From positions 1 to 30,097 of the forward strand of contig CAWDVE010000026.1 of the NCBI GenBank assembly GCA_963805625.1: a stretch of 30,097 nucleotides of DNA, in the 5' to 3' direction. Under the pieces are notes generated by a model. It made no database searches. It was given only the letters and a program-made list of their open reading frames with translations, and was not told the origin of the DNA. Shown here piece after piece: positions 16,267 to 24,094 of the stretch; position 1 is the first letter of the stretch; every line of letters starts with the position of its first letter. The position numbers and the translations under genes were made by a program. The DNA is from an uncultured Candidatus Rokubacteria bacterium (GTDB taxonomy: Bacteria; Methylomirabilota; Methylomirabilia; Rokubacteriales; DASRDR01).

Positions 16267-18144
16267 GTGAACGAATCTGTGTCCCCTTCAGGTCGCCGCG
16301 CTACCAGTACCCAACGGACAGGCAGTTCCAACACGGGGTCACACATAGGACCTAGCGGCGGGCAAGCTCCCGCCCTCCGCGGCGTCCGGTCGGTCATCTT
16401 GCTGGCCGGCGTGCTCATGACCGTCACCGCCCTATACCTAGGGCGCGAGTTTCTGATCCCCCTGGCAGTCGCGGGCCTCGTCACCTTCGTCCTGAACCCG
16501 ACCGTCCGCGTGTTCGAGCGACGGCTACCCCGCGCCGCGGCGGTCGTCCTCGTCGTGATCCTGACGTTCTCGGTCCTGGGCGCCTTCACCTGGGCGCTCG
16601 CGCTCCAGGCCGCCAGCCTTGGGGAAGAGATCCCGAGCTATCGGGACAACCTCAAGCGCAAGATCGCCGAGATCCGCGGGGCGAGCCGGGGCGGCGTGAT
16701 CGAGAAGGTGCAATCGGCCACGAAGGAAGTCGTCGAAGAACTCCAGAAGGAAGACAAGCCGGTCAAGCCGGCCGAGAAGCCCGTGCCCGTGGTGGTGAAG
16801 TCCCAGGCCTTGGCTTTCTGGCAGCTTCCCGTCGTACTGGGCGCGCTCGGCAATGTTGGGCTGGTGCTCGTGCTGGTGATCTTCATGCTCCTGGAGCGGC
16901 TCCAGCTAAGAGATCGTCTGATCCGCCTGATCGGCTTGGGCCGGATCGCCACGACCACCAAGGCCATGGACGAGGCCGCCCAGCGGATCACCCACTATCT
17001 GACGATGCAGACGCTCATCAACGGCACGTACGGCCTCGGCGTGGCCCTGGGCGCTCTGCTGATCGGTCTACCCTACGCGTTCCTGTGGGGCTCCCTGGCC
17101 GCGGTCCTGCGCTTCATCCCCTACGTCGGTCCCTGGGCGGCCGGCCTCATCGTCTCGCTCGTCGGCCTCGCGGTGTTCGACGGCTGGCTCCAGCCGGTCC
17201 TGATCGCGGCGTTGTTCATCGCACTGGAGCTCTTCACCAACCTCGTCCTGGAGACGTATCTCTACAGCCAGAGCGCCGGCGTGTCCCAGGTGGGGCTTCT
17301 GGTGGCGGTAGCCTTCTGGACCTGGGTCTGGGGTCCGGTCGGGCTCGCGCTGGCAACGCCACTGACCGTCTGCCTCGTGGTCCTCGCGAAGTACGTGCCG
17401 GACCTCGACATAGTGTCCATCCTCATGTCGGACGAGCCGGTCATGGGGCCGGCCCGGAGCTACTACCAGCGCCTGGTGGCTCGAGACGAGAGCGAGGCGG
17501 CGACGCTGGTCCAGGACTACGTCGCGTCGCACCCGGGTCAGGACGTCTACGACGAGGTCTTCGTGCCCGCCCTCAACCACGCGCAACGCGACCACGGGCG
17601 GGGTCGCATCACGGACGCGGACGCGCGCTTCGTCGAGCGGACGACCCGTGAGCTCATCGAGGAGCTCGACCTCTCGGAGCCGCCGACCGAACCGGTGCTC
17701 CGCCCGGTCGCCTCCGTCCTCGGCCTTCCCGCGCATGAGGAGGCGGACGAGGTCGCCCTGCAGATGCTGAGGCAACAGCTCGATCCCAGTCGCTTCACCG
17801 TGGACGTCGCCTCGCCCGATCTCCTGGTCAGCGAGGCCATCGCCGTCGTGGAGGCCCGCGCGCCTGCTGCGGTCCTCATCGGCGCCTTGGCGGGCGGGGG
17901 ACACGCACTGCACCTCCGGTACCTCTGCAAGCGACTACGCGCGCGCTTCCCGGACCTCCCGATCGTGGTGGGGTGGTGGGGCGCGGACGGAGGCGACGAG
18001 GCCGCCCGCGAGGCGATGGTGGCGGCCGGGGCGGACCGGGTGACGGCCAGCCTCGCGGATGCGTGCGCCCAGCTCCAGGAGCTGGCCTCGCTGCAGCGGG
18101 GGCCCAGGTCGACCGCGGCGGCGGCGATCGCTTCCCCCCACTGA
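16267..18144 (+). CDS. AI-2E family (UPF0118/PerM) transporter with a C-terminal cytoplasmic B12-binding/CheY-like domain
   Basis: 'LIPLAVAGLVTFVLNP', 'LRDRLIRL', 'QTLINGTYG', 'LRFIPYVGP', 'FWTWVWGPVGLALATPLTVCL'; start uncertain. Confidence 0.88.
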   Translation: MNESVSPSGRRATSTQRTGSSNTGSHIGPSGGQAPALRGVRSVILLAGVLMTVTALYLGREFLIPLAVAGLVTFVLNPTVRVFERRLPRAAAVVLVVILTFSVLGAFTWALALQAASLGEEIPSYRDNLKRKIAEIRGASRGGVIEKVQSATKEVVEELQKEDKPVKPAEKPVPVVVKSQALAFWQLPVVLGALGNVGLVLVLVIFMLLERLQLRDRLIRLIGLGRIATTTKAMDEAAQRITHYLTMQTLINGTYGLGVALGALLIGLPYAFLWGSLAAVLRFIPYVGPWAAGLIVSLVGLAVFDGWLQPVLIAALFIALELFTNLVLETYLYSQSAGVSQVGLLVAVAFWTWVWGPVGLALATPLTVCLVVLAKYVPDLDIVSILMSDEPVMGPARSYYQRLVARDESEAATLVQDYVASHPGQDVYDEVFVPALNHAQRDHGRGRITDADARFVERTTRELIEELDLSEPPTEPVLRPVASVLGLPAHEEADEVALQMLRQQLDPSRFTVDVASPDLLVSEAIAVVEARAPAAVLIGALAGGGHALHLRYLCKRLRARFPDLPIVVGWWGADGGDEAAREAMVAAGADRVTASLADACAQLQELASLQRGPRSTAAAAIASPH

Positions 18145-18418
18145 CCGCAACGTTCCGCGGCTGCATACAGGACCTCTCCCCGCCGGCACCCGAGGGGCCA
18201 GTCCTTGGAGCATGGGCTCAGCGGCTACCGCAGATACGCGAGGCAGGCGAGCAACACTCCCTGCGAAGCCACGACAGCGACCACACATTCCACGATCGCG
18301 GCTGCGCCGGCATCGGACGCTGTCCGGGGCATCCACTCGGCGTGAGCGCGCCACCCGACCCCGGGCTCGACGGATGTGCATTCCATCGACCGCCTGCTCC
18401 ACGTCGATGCTCTCCTTT

Positions 18419-18460
18419 ACCCATAGGCTCCCGTCGCATACCCATTGGCTCCCGTCGCAG
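18419..18460. repeat. 21-bp tandem duplication (2 copies)
   Basis: acccataggctcccgtcgcat / acccattggctcccgtcgcag. Confidence 0.7.
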
Positions 18461-18526
18461 CCCAGCACCGGACTCTGTTGCCGTGGCGCCAAGTGGACGT
18501 CACCCCACGTCAGAGCGTCTTCACAC

Positions 18527-18558
18527 GGCCACGATGTCGCGCCAGTGACACCCTGGCG
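18527..18558. promoter_or_regulatory. UAS with one core mismatch (core 18535-18550)
   Basis: GGCCA cga TGTCG cgccag TGACA ccc TGGCG. Confidence 0.65.
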
Positions 18559-18672
18559 ATTCCGCATGGGATCGCGAGGAGGCGGATCCAGGATGCTACC
18601 GCGATTGCGTCTCCACCTATGTACCGGCGGAATCGAGCGTTTCGTGTCCGCCCGGCTCGAGCCGGGTCGAAC

Positions 18673-18687
18673 GGGCAGCCAAGTTGC
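18673..18687 (+). promoter_or_regulatory. Sigma54 promoter for csbD / BON / DUF3309
   Basis: GGGCAGCCAAGTTGC. Confidence 0.7.
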
Positions 18688-18765
18688 TATCCCCATTCCC
18701 AGCAGAATCGCGACGCGCGGATCGCCTGCGCGCCGCGGAGACTTCAAGAGAGGGAGGAAACACGA

Positions 18766-19008
18766 GTGAACGCAGACGTCATGGAGGGGAAGTGGAAGCA
18801 GATGCGCGGACAGATGAAGGAATGGTGGGGCAAGCTCACCGACGATGACTTTGACGTGATCGCCGGCAAGAAGGACCAGCTCGTCGGGAAGCTCCAGGAG
18901 AAGTACGGCTGGGCCAGGCGTGACGCGGAGGACGAGGTGGCGCGGCGGTTCCGTGAGATCGACACGGCGACGCGGCCCTCCGAGCCGGCCGGCACGAGCC
19001 GGCAGTAG
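18766..19008 (+). CDS. csbD: CsbD/YjbJ family general stress protein
   Basis: GTG after AGGGAGGA; MNADVMEGKWKQMRGQMKEWWGKLTDDDFDVIAGKKDQLVGKLQEKYG. Confidence 0.92.
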   Translation: MNADVMEGKWKQMRGQMKEWWGKLTDDDFDVIAGKKDQLVGKLQEKYGWARRDAEDEVARRFREIDTATRPSEPAGTSRQ

Positions 19009-19061
19009 GGCGCGCACGCGCGCCTCAACGACCGAGAGACCAAAAGAGGAAGGTGACACAC

Positions 19062-19367
19062 ATGCGACACCTGTTCCGTTCCATGCTCATGCTGGCCATG
19101 CTCGTGGCCGTTACCGCCGGCTGTACGGCAATGACGGGGAAGTCGGCCGGCGAGAACGTCGACGACACCAAGATCACCGCGTCGGTGAAGAGCAAGCTCG
19201 CTGGCGAGAAGCCCGCGACCCTGACGAAGGTCGACGTCGACACGAATAAGGGCACCGTCTACCTCACCGGCAACGTCGAGAACTCGGCCATCAAGGCGCG
19301 GGCAACCGAGCTGGCGCGCGAGGTCTCCGGCGTCCGAGAAGTCGTCAACAACCTGAAGGTCCAGTAG
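19062..19367 (+). CDS. BON domain lipoprotein
   Basis: Lipobox TAGC; 'VDDTKITASVKSKL..VDVDTNKGTVYLTG..VSGVREVVNNLKVQ'. Confidence 0.9.
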   Translation: MRHLFRSMLMLAMLVAVTAGCTAMTGKSAGENVDDTKITASVKSKLAGEKPATLTKVDVDTNKGTVYLTGNVENSAIKARATELAREVSGVREVVNNLKVQ

Positions 19368-19383
19368 GCCCCAGCCGAGGGCA

Positions 19384-19412
19384 GGCCGTCCCGGTCCGCG
19401 GCCGGGACGGCC
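19384..19412. terminator. Hairpin after the BON gene
   Basis: ggccgtcccgg-N7-ccgggacggcc. Confidence 0.5.
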
Positions 19413-19448
19413 CATCAGGCGAACCGTGGCACAGGGGAGGTGAGAGCG

Positions 19449-19601
19449 ATGACGACCCTTCTGGTGATCCTGCTGGTCCTGCTCGTCGTGGGGGCGCTGC
19501 CCACGTGGCCCTACAGCAGCGGCTGGGGCTACTACCCCAGCGGCGGGCTGGGCTTGGTCCTCATCATCCTGTTGATCCTGTTCCTAACAGGACGCATCTG
19601 A
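19449..19601 (+). CDS. DUF3309 family small membrane protein; absent from the ORF track
   Basis: MTTLLVILLVLLVVGALPTWPYSSGWGYYPSGGLGLVLIILLILFLTGRI*; RBS GGGGAGG. Confidence 0.9.
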   Translation: MTTLLVILLVLLVVGALPTWPYSSGWGYYPSGGLGLVLIILLILFLTGRI

Positions 19602-19621
19602 CGCGATCGTCGGGAAGCGAA

Positions 19622-19650
19622 ACGGCCCTGGAGGAGACCTCCAGGGCCGT
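19622..19650. terminator. Hairpin between convergent genes
   Basis: acggccctggagg-aga-cctccagggccgt, a 13-bp perfect stem. Confidence 0.65.
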
Positions 19651-19679
19651 CGCGTTCCGGCCACTGTGCCGATCTGAGA

Positions 19680-20063
19680 TCAGCGCTTGGTCTTCTCAGC
19701 CTCGTATGGCTTCCGATCCTCGTGGCCTTCCTGGGGGCGGCGGCCTAGACCACGGTCGGCATCGGCCCGCCCGGGCTGGCCGGGCGAGAAGGTCTGGCGC
19801 TCGTCGTCATCCTCGAGCTGGAGAGGGCGCCCCGACTCCCCATCACTCCGATCACCGTCGAGGATGTCCTTGCCCCCGCTCCGCGTTCCGGGCTTGGGGG
19901 CCTGCTTGTCGATGGGATGGTCCTCGGCCTGCCCGAATCTCTTGCTGCCCTCGGGAACCTCGGGCATCCGCCGCCCAGACTCCGGCTTGCTGGGATCGTA
20001 CTTGCCCTGTCCCTGCTCCGCCGGCTTCTCGCCCGGTCGGCAATCGGCCTGCTTCTTGTCCAT
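19680..20063 (-). CDS. Hydrophilic, probably disordered protein (hydrophilin-like)
   Basis: RBS AAGGAGG; 127 aa rich in G/P/E/D/K/R with almost no hydrophobic core; own sigma54 motif. Confidence 0.75.
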   Translation of the reverse strand: MDKKQADCRPGEKPAEQGQGKYDPSKPESGRRMPEVPEGSKRFGQAEDHPIDKQAPKPGTRSGGKDILDGDRSDGESGRPLQLEDDDERQTFSPGQPGRADADRGLGRRPQEGHEDRKPYEAEKTKR

Positions 20064-20135
20064 TGTTTTTCCTCCTTGCGGGGATGCTGACGTCAGCGGC
20101 TCCTCCCCGAACGTCGCCGCCGTCGGTCGATGAGT

Positions 20136-20150
20136 GCAAGCCATGTGCCT
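20136..20150 (-). promoter_or_regulatory. Sigma54 promoter
   Basis: Minus strand AGGCACATGGCTTGC. Confidence 0.8.
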
Positions 20151-20225
20151 CGATCCTCCCGTGGTTCACGCGGTGGGTCGGCGGTCGGTAGGATCGGGAG
20201 TGCTCCGATTGCGAGGCGCTTTCGA

Positions 20226-20257
20226 CGTCATGCTGTCGGGCTCACGACATGGTGACA
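20226..20257. promoter_or_regulatory. UAS between divergent promoters (core 20234-20249)
   Basis: CGTCA tgc TGTCG ggctca CGACA tgg TGACA. Confidence 0.78.
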
Positions 20258-20321
20258 CCCGAGGCCTTTCCGTATTCCCACAGTAGGCCGGGATTGCGGG
20301 GTCGGCGATCGTTGTGGGACG

Positions 20322-20336
20322 TGGCACACGGCTTGC
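20322..20336 (+). promoter_or_regulatory. Sigma54 promoter
   Basis: TGGCACACGGCTTGC, near consensus. Confidence 0.85.
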
Positions 20337-20380
20337 GTAACGTCCGTGTCGACGAAGCAATCTCGGACCAGGAGGACACC

Positions 20381-20767
20381 ATGGAAGATCGAGTTCGCAG
20401 AGGGAACGCCGCAGCAGAGGAACCGGTGGGCGAGTGGGCGAGGTCCGAGATGAGCGACCTTGCCGATACCGCTCGACAGCGCATGCAGGCGACCAAGGGC
20501 GGGGCCAAGGAGCACGTCGCGGAGGCGAAGGATTACGTCCAGGGGGCCGTCCAGCAGACGAAGGAGTACGTCGAAGGCGCTCGAGAGTACATCGGCGACA
20601 CCGTCCAGCAGGCGCGCGACAAGGTCACCGAGTACCGGGACGGCGGTGTGGAGAAGTTGCGGCACGACCTCGTGGGTTATACGCGCGAGCAACCGATGAC
20701 CGCGCTGCTCATCGCGGCAGGCGCCGGGCTCGTGCTCGGCTGGCTGAGCGCCGCGGGCCGTCGCTGA
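20381..20767 (+). CDS. DUF883/ElaB/YqjD-like tail-anchored protein with LEA-like helical repeats
   Basis: RBS AGGAGG; C-terminal 'YTREQPMTALLIAAGAGLVLGWL..RR'. Confidence 0.8.
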   Translation: MEDRVRRGNAAAEEPVGEWARSEMSDLADTARQRMQATKGGAKEHVAEAKDYVQGAVQQTKEYVEGAREYIGDTVQQARDKVTEYRDGGVEKLRHDLVGYTREQPMTALLIAAGAGLVLGWLSAAGRR

Positions 20768-20794
20768 ATCGGCCAGAGAGCGACGAGGACGCTC

Positions 20795-21190
20795 GTGACA
20801 ACCCGGCGCGTGGGCGAATCGGTAGGCCTCCTGGAGCTGGCGGCGCGACTCGTCGCCGACCTCCGCCAGCTCATCGATCAGCGCCTCGAGCTCCTCAGGG
20901 CCGAGCTTACGCAGGAGGCGACGCGCGCCGCGAAGAACATCGGCGTGCTGGTTGCGGGGGTCATCGGAGCGGGCGTCGGAGCCGCCTTCCTGCTGCTTGC
21001 CCTGGGGCTGTGGATCGGACATCTCGTCGGCTCGGGGCCAGGAGGTTTGGCCATCGTCGGCGGCGGTCTCGTCATCGCCGGCGTGGGGCTCAGCCTCCTG
21101 GCGACCAAAAGCCTGGAACGCCAGCGGCTCGCCCGAGAGACGGTTCGCGAGCTGCGAAGGGACGTGGAATGGATTCGCAACGGAGTGTAG
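20795..21190 (+). CDS. YqjE-like 'phage holin family' membrane protein
   Basis: 'LIDQRLELLRAEL', two TM helices, 'ETVRELRRDVEWI'. Confidence 0.8.
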   Translation: MTTRRVGESVGLLELAARLVADLRQLIDQRLELLRAELTQEATRAAKNIGVLVAGVIGAGVGAAFLLLALGLWIGHLVGSGPGGLAIVGGGLVIAGVGLSLLATKSLERQRLARETVRELRRDVEWIRNGV

Positions 21191-21708
21191 ACATCGACCG
21201 TCTGCGTCGTGACATCGAGGCGACTCGCGCCTCAATCTCCCGGACCGCGGGCGAGCTGCGCTGGAAAGCGGGTGAGGCCATGCAGTGGCAGACCTACGTC
21301 GAGCGATACCCCGCCACGATCCTGGGGGCGGCCGCCCTGCTAGGGATCGCCGTCGGCCGCCGAATCGCGCGCGGGATCCAGAGTAATGGCCAGCAGCACG
21401 GCAATGGCCTTCAGTGGACATCTGCTGCCGCGGGCATGGATACCGTTGCCCGAATCCCGGCGCGACTGGAGCCACAAGTCAATCACCTCGTGGCGGTCAC
21501 CGCCTCATGGCAGAAGCTCGGCTCCCGCATCGAAGGGCTGGTGAACCGGATGATCGACGACGTCGCCGACGCGGCTGAGCGGGTGATCGTGCCCGCCCTC
21601 GTCGCCGGCGTCGAAGGCTTCCTTGGTAAGGCGGCTCGACCGGTATCCCGACCGGCCCCGCCGAATCGCACGTCCGCCCCCGGGATGGGGGAAGGGAGAT
21701 CGGCATGA
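21169..21708 (+). CDS. DUF3618-like protein
   Basis: ATG 21169 overlaps the previous gene; 'LRRDIEATRASISRTAGEL...WQTYVERYP..LGAAALLG'. Confidence 0.75.
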   Translation: MDSQRSVDIDRLRRDIEATRASISRTAGELRWKAGEAMQWQTYVERYPATILGAAALLGIAVGRRIARGIQSNGQQHGNGLQWTSAAAGMDTVARIPARLEPQVNHLVAVTASWQKLGSRIEGLVNRMIDDVADAAERVIVPALVAGVEGFLGKAARPVSRPAPPNRTSAPGMGEGRSA

Positions 21709-22127
21709 GTCCCATGAAGCTCGATCGGCGCATCATCGCTGAGCTGGAGCGGTTCCTGCGGGACGAGCTGACTCGTCTTCAGGGGTCCTTGCGAGCCGTC
21801 GTTACCGAGGCCCGCACGGCCGAGAGCACGAGTCTGACGGACATGTCCGTTCACGCCGCGGAGACCCTCCATACGGAGATCCAAGTGACGCTGATGGATC
21901 AGCGGACTCAGCAGGTCGTCCAGATCCAGGATGCGCTCGCGCGGCTGTCTGACGGCCGGTACGGCTTTTGTCAGGAGTGCGACGCGTTCATCGGCGTACC
22001 TCGCCTTCGCGCGCTCCCCTTCGCCCTGCGTTGCCGTGACTGCCAGGGTCAGGCGGAGCGGCGAGCCCGTCGGGAGGCGATACTGGTCCGCCAGCTCCCA
22101 CGCGAGATTCCCCTCGAAGCCGCCTGA
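21705..22127 (+). CDS. TraR/DksA C4-type zinc finger protein
   Basis: ATGA overlap; 'IQDALARLSDGRYGFCQEC...IGVPRLRALPFALRCRDCQ'. Confidence 0.88.
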   Translation: MSPMKLDRRIIAELERFLRDELTRLQGSLRAVVTEARTAESTSLTDMSVHAAETLHTEIQVTLMDQRTQQVVQIQDALARLSDGRYGFCQECDAFIGVPRLRALPFALRCRDCQGQAERRARREAILVRQLPREIPLEAA

Positions 22128-22163
22128 GGCCTAGCCGCCGCCGGACGCCGTGGGAGTCTACAC

Positions 22164-22612
22164 ATGGGTGGACGGTGGAGAAGCACGGCCCGCCGGGGTG
22201 GACGTGGACAGCCGGGTTCGGACGGCGGCGGTGGAAGTGGTTCGTCATCCCCGTCGCGGTGATCGCCATCACGCTGGCGGCGCTCGATCGCCTCCTCGAC
22301 GAGCCGCTGCGGCACCAGATGGAGCACCGACTGAACGATCGGCTGCGCGGATACGCCGTTACCCTCCGCGGGCTCGATTTCCACGTCATCGGCGGCTCGG
22401 GAAGCTCTACGAGGGTCTGGTCGGCGGCGTGGCGAAGCTCCTCGAGAAACACGCCCCGCGAGGAGGTCGCCACGAAGACCTCGGTCAGCGGCCGCATCGA
22501 GAACCCGCAGACCAACACCGCAGAGACCATCGTCCGCCTGATTCAGAACGCGTTCTTCCAGGCCATCCTCCGGGGTTTCGATCGAGAGCTCGACCGCATC
22601 CGCCGCGCCTGA
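22164..22612 (+). pseudogene. DUF748-like protein gene with a large internal deletion
   Basis: N-terminal TM + 'DEPLRHQMEHRLNDRLRGY..LDFH' joined to a C-terminal part 'KLYEGLVGGVAKLLE' (other frame) then 'NTPREEVATK..SGRIENPQ..IQNAFFQAIL'. Confidence 0.65.
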
Positions 22613-22626
22613 CCCGATCCTGCCCG

Positions 22627-22658
22627 CGTCAGGCTGTCGAACGGACGACAAGGTGTCG
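22627..22658. promoter_or_regulatory. UAS (core 22635-22650)
   Basis: CGTCA ggc TGTCG aacgga CGACA agg TGTCG. Confidence 0.78.
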
Positions 22659-22736
22659 GCGCCTTCCCGCCCGCATCGGGCCTGAGGCCTCTCATCCCTC
22701 GACCAGAGCCCTCGTCCTCTCGAATTGATCGATGTC

Positions 22737-22751
22737 GGGCACAGAGCTTGC
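22737..22751 (+). promoter_or_regulatory. Sigma54 promoter
   Basis: GGGCACAGAGCTTGC; 86 nt downstream of the UAS. Confidence 0.78.
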
Positions 22752-22808
22752 TGACTCCAGAGTGTCCACGACGAACGTGTTGGTCCCCCAACGAAAGGAG
22801 ACACCACG

Positions 22809-23060
22809 ATGCCACGGTACCCGCGCTTCCGCCGAGGTCGTGACCCCTACGGTCCCGAAGCCCTTCTGGAACGGGCACGTCGCTGGTCGGACGCACACGT
22901 GACATTCGACCGGACCGCCGACGTGAGTGGCCGGTGCCCTCACTGCGACGCGCTCGTCACACGCCGCCTGGGCCCCGGGGTGCTGTGCGGCACGTGCGGC
23001 CGGCTGTGGGTGGTGCGGGAGATGCTCGATCGCGAGACCGGCCTCACGGGAGCCGCCTGA
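22809..23060 (+). CDS. Small zinc-ribbon protein
   Basis: RBS AAAGGAG; CPHC...CGTC. Confidence 0.7.
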   Translation: MPRYPRFRRGRDPYGPEALLERARRWSDAHVTFDRTADVSGRCPHCDALVTRRLGPGVLCGTCGRLWVVREMLDRETGLTGAA

Positions 23061-23089
23061 CGACGCGACCCGTCAGACCATGGAGACCC

Positions 23090-23545
23090 ATGAAGTCGAA
23101 GGTTCTGCACGCTGACGGCGCCCGCACGATCGCCCTCGTGTTCGAGGCCGGCGAGGAGCCCATGCGGGGCCTCCTCGACTTCGCGAAGCGCGAGCGGCTC
23201 ACGTCGGGGCACTTCACGGCGATCGGCGCGTTCGAGGACGTGACGCTGGGCTATTTCGACTGGTCCCAGAAGGACTACGTGCGGGTTGCCATCGGCGAGC
23301 AGGTCGAGGTGCTGTCTCTGGTGGGGGACGTGGCGCTCGAGGGCGCCATGCCCAAGGTCCACGCGCACGTCGTCGTGGGCAAGCGCGACGGGACCGCGCA
23401 CGGTGGACATCTCCTGGAGGCGCGCGTCCGGCCGACCCTGGAGGTCATCCTGATCCAGCCGCCCGGGCACCTGCGGCGGCGCTTCGACCCCCGGTCGAAG
23501 CTGGCTCTCATCGACGTCGAGGAGGTCCGAGATGGCTCGATGTGA
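23090..23545 (+). CDS. PPC/DUF296 domain protein
   Basis: 'HFTAIGAF..VTLGYFD', 'EVLSLVGDV', 'HAHVVVG..DG..HGGHLL..VRPTLEV'. Confidence 0.88.
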   Translation: MKSKVLHADGARTIALVFEAGEEPMRGLLDFAKRERLTSGHFTAIGAFEDVTLGYFDWSQKDYVRVAIGEQVEVLSLVGDVALEGAMPKVHAHVVVGKRDGTAHGGHLLEARVRPTLEVILIQPPGHLRRRFDPRSKLALIDVEEVRDGSM

Positions 23546-23762
23546 CGTCTGCGGAAACGACTATGACAAGACTCTGTCGATAGACGCCTGAGGGCGCCGG
23601 CACACCTTCGACTGCTTCGAGTGTGCCATTCATCTGCTGGCGCCCACCTGCGATCACTGTGGGTGCCGGATTGTCGGACACGGAGTGGAAGACGCGGATG
23701 ACCGGATCTACTGCTGCGCCCACTGTGCGCGCCAGGTCGGGGTGTCACAGCTTCGCGCCTGA
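23532..23762 (+). pseudogene. Cys-rich metallothionein-like / zinc-binding protein interrupted by an in-frame TGA at codon 20
   Basis: MARCDVCGNDYDKTLSIDA*GRRHTFDCFECAIHLLAPTCDHCGCRIVGHGVEDADDRIYCCAHCARQVGVSQLRA*. Confidence 0.75.
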
Positions 23763-23783
23763 GCGAGGACGTAGGACGAATCC

Positions 23784-23897
23784 ATGCCCGGACGACGGCA
23801 TCTCCAAGGGGTGGGAGCAAAGGAGCAGCGGCAGTACAAGCATATCAAGGAACAGGCGCAGGAGAGTCGGGTGTCCCCACCGTGCTCGCCCAGGTGA
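23784..23897 (+). pseudogene. Truncated small basic protein of the 'KxxRQYEHIK' type
   Basis: RBS TAGGA; MPGRRHLQGVGAKEQRQYKHIKEQAQES followed by an unrelated tail and an early stop. Confidence 0.5.
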
Positions 23898-24094
23898 CCT
23901 TCGTCGACGGAGGTCTCTCGAACACGGTGCGCCGTGAAGGACGCCTCACCCGCCGGGGGCTCTTCTTCGATCTGGTCGGAGGTGGCACGCTGGTGTTGAC
24001 ACTCGAGTCCGGCCGGCGACTCAGGGGGGAGTTCGCGGGCGGCCCGGACGTACCGGCCCGGCTCGGATCACTCGAGCTGACGCGAAGGAGCTGA
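23882..24094 (+). CDS. Hypothetical protein or gene fragment
   Basis: Protein-like beta-rich sequence 'GTLVLTLESGRRL'; no RBS; overlaps the convergent gene end. Confidence 0.3.
   Translation: MLAQVTFVDGGLSNTVRREGRLTRRGLFFDLVGGGTLVLTLESGRRLRGEFAGGPDVPARLGSLELTRRS

Noticed and set aside
19427-19441. TGGCACAGGGGAGGT as a sigma54 promoter for DUF3309
   Set aside because: No TTGC -12 element, it overlaps the RBS and there is no UAS upstream
20795-21190. 'Phage holin' as a sign of a prophage
   Set aside because: YqjE-type protein in its usual chromosomal context with DUF883 and DUF3618; no phage genes, integrase or att sites seen
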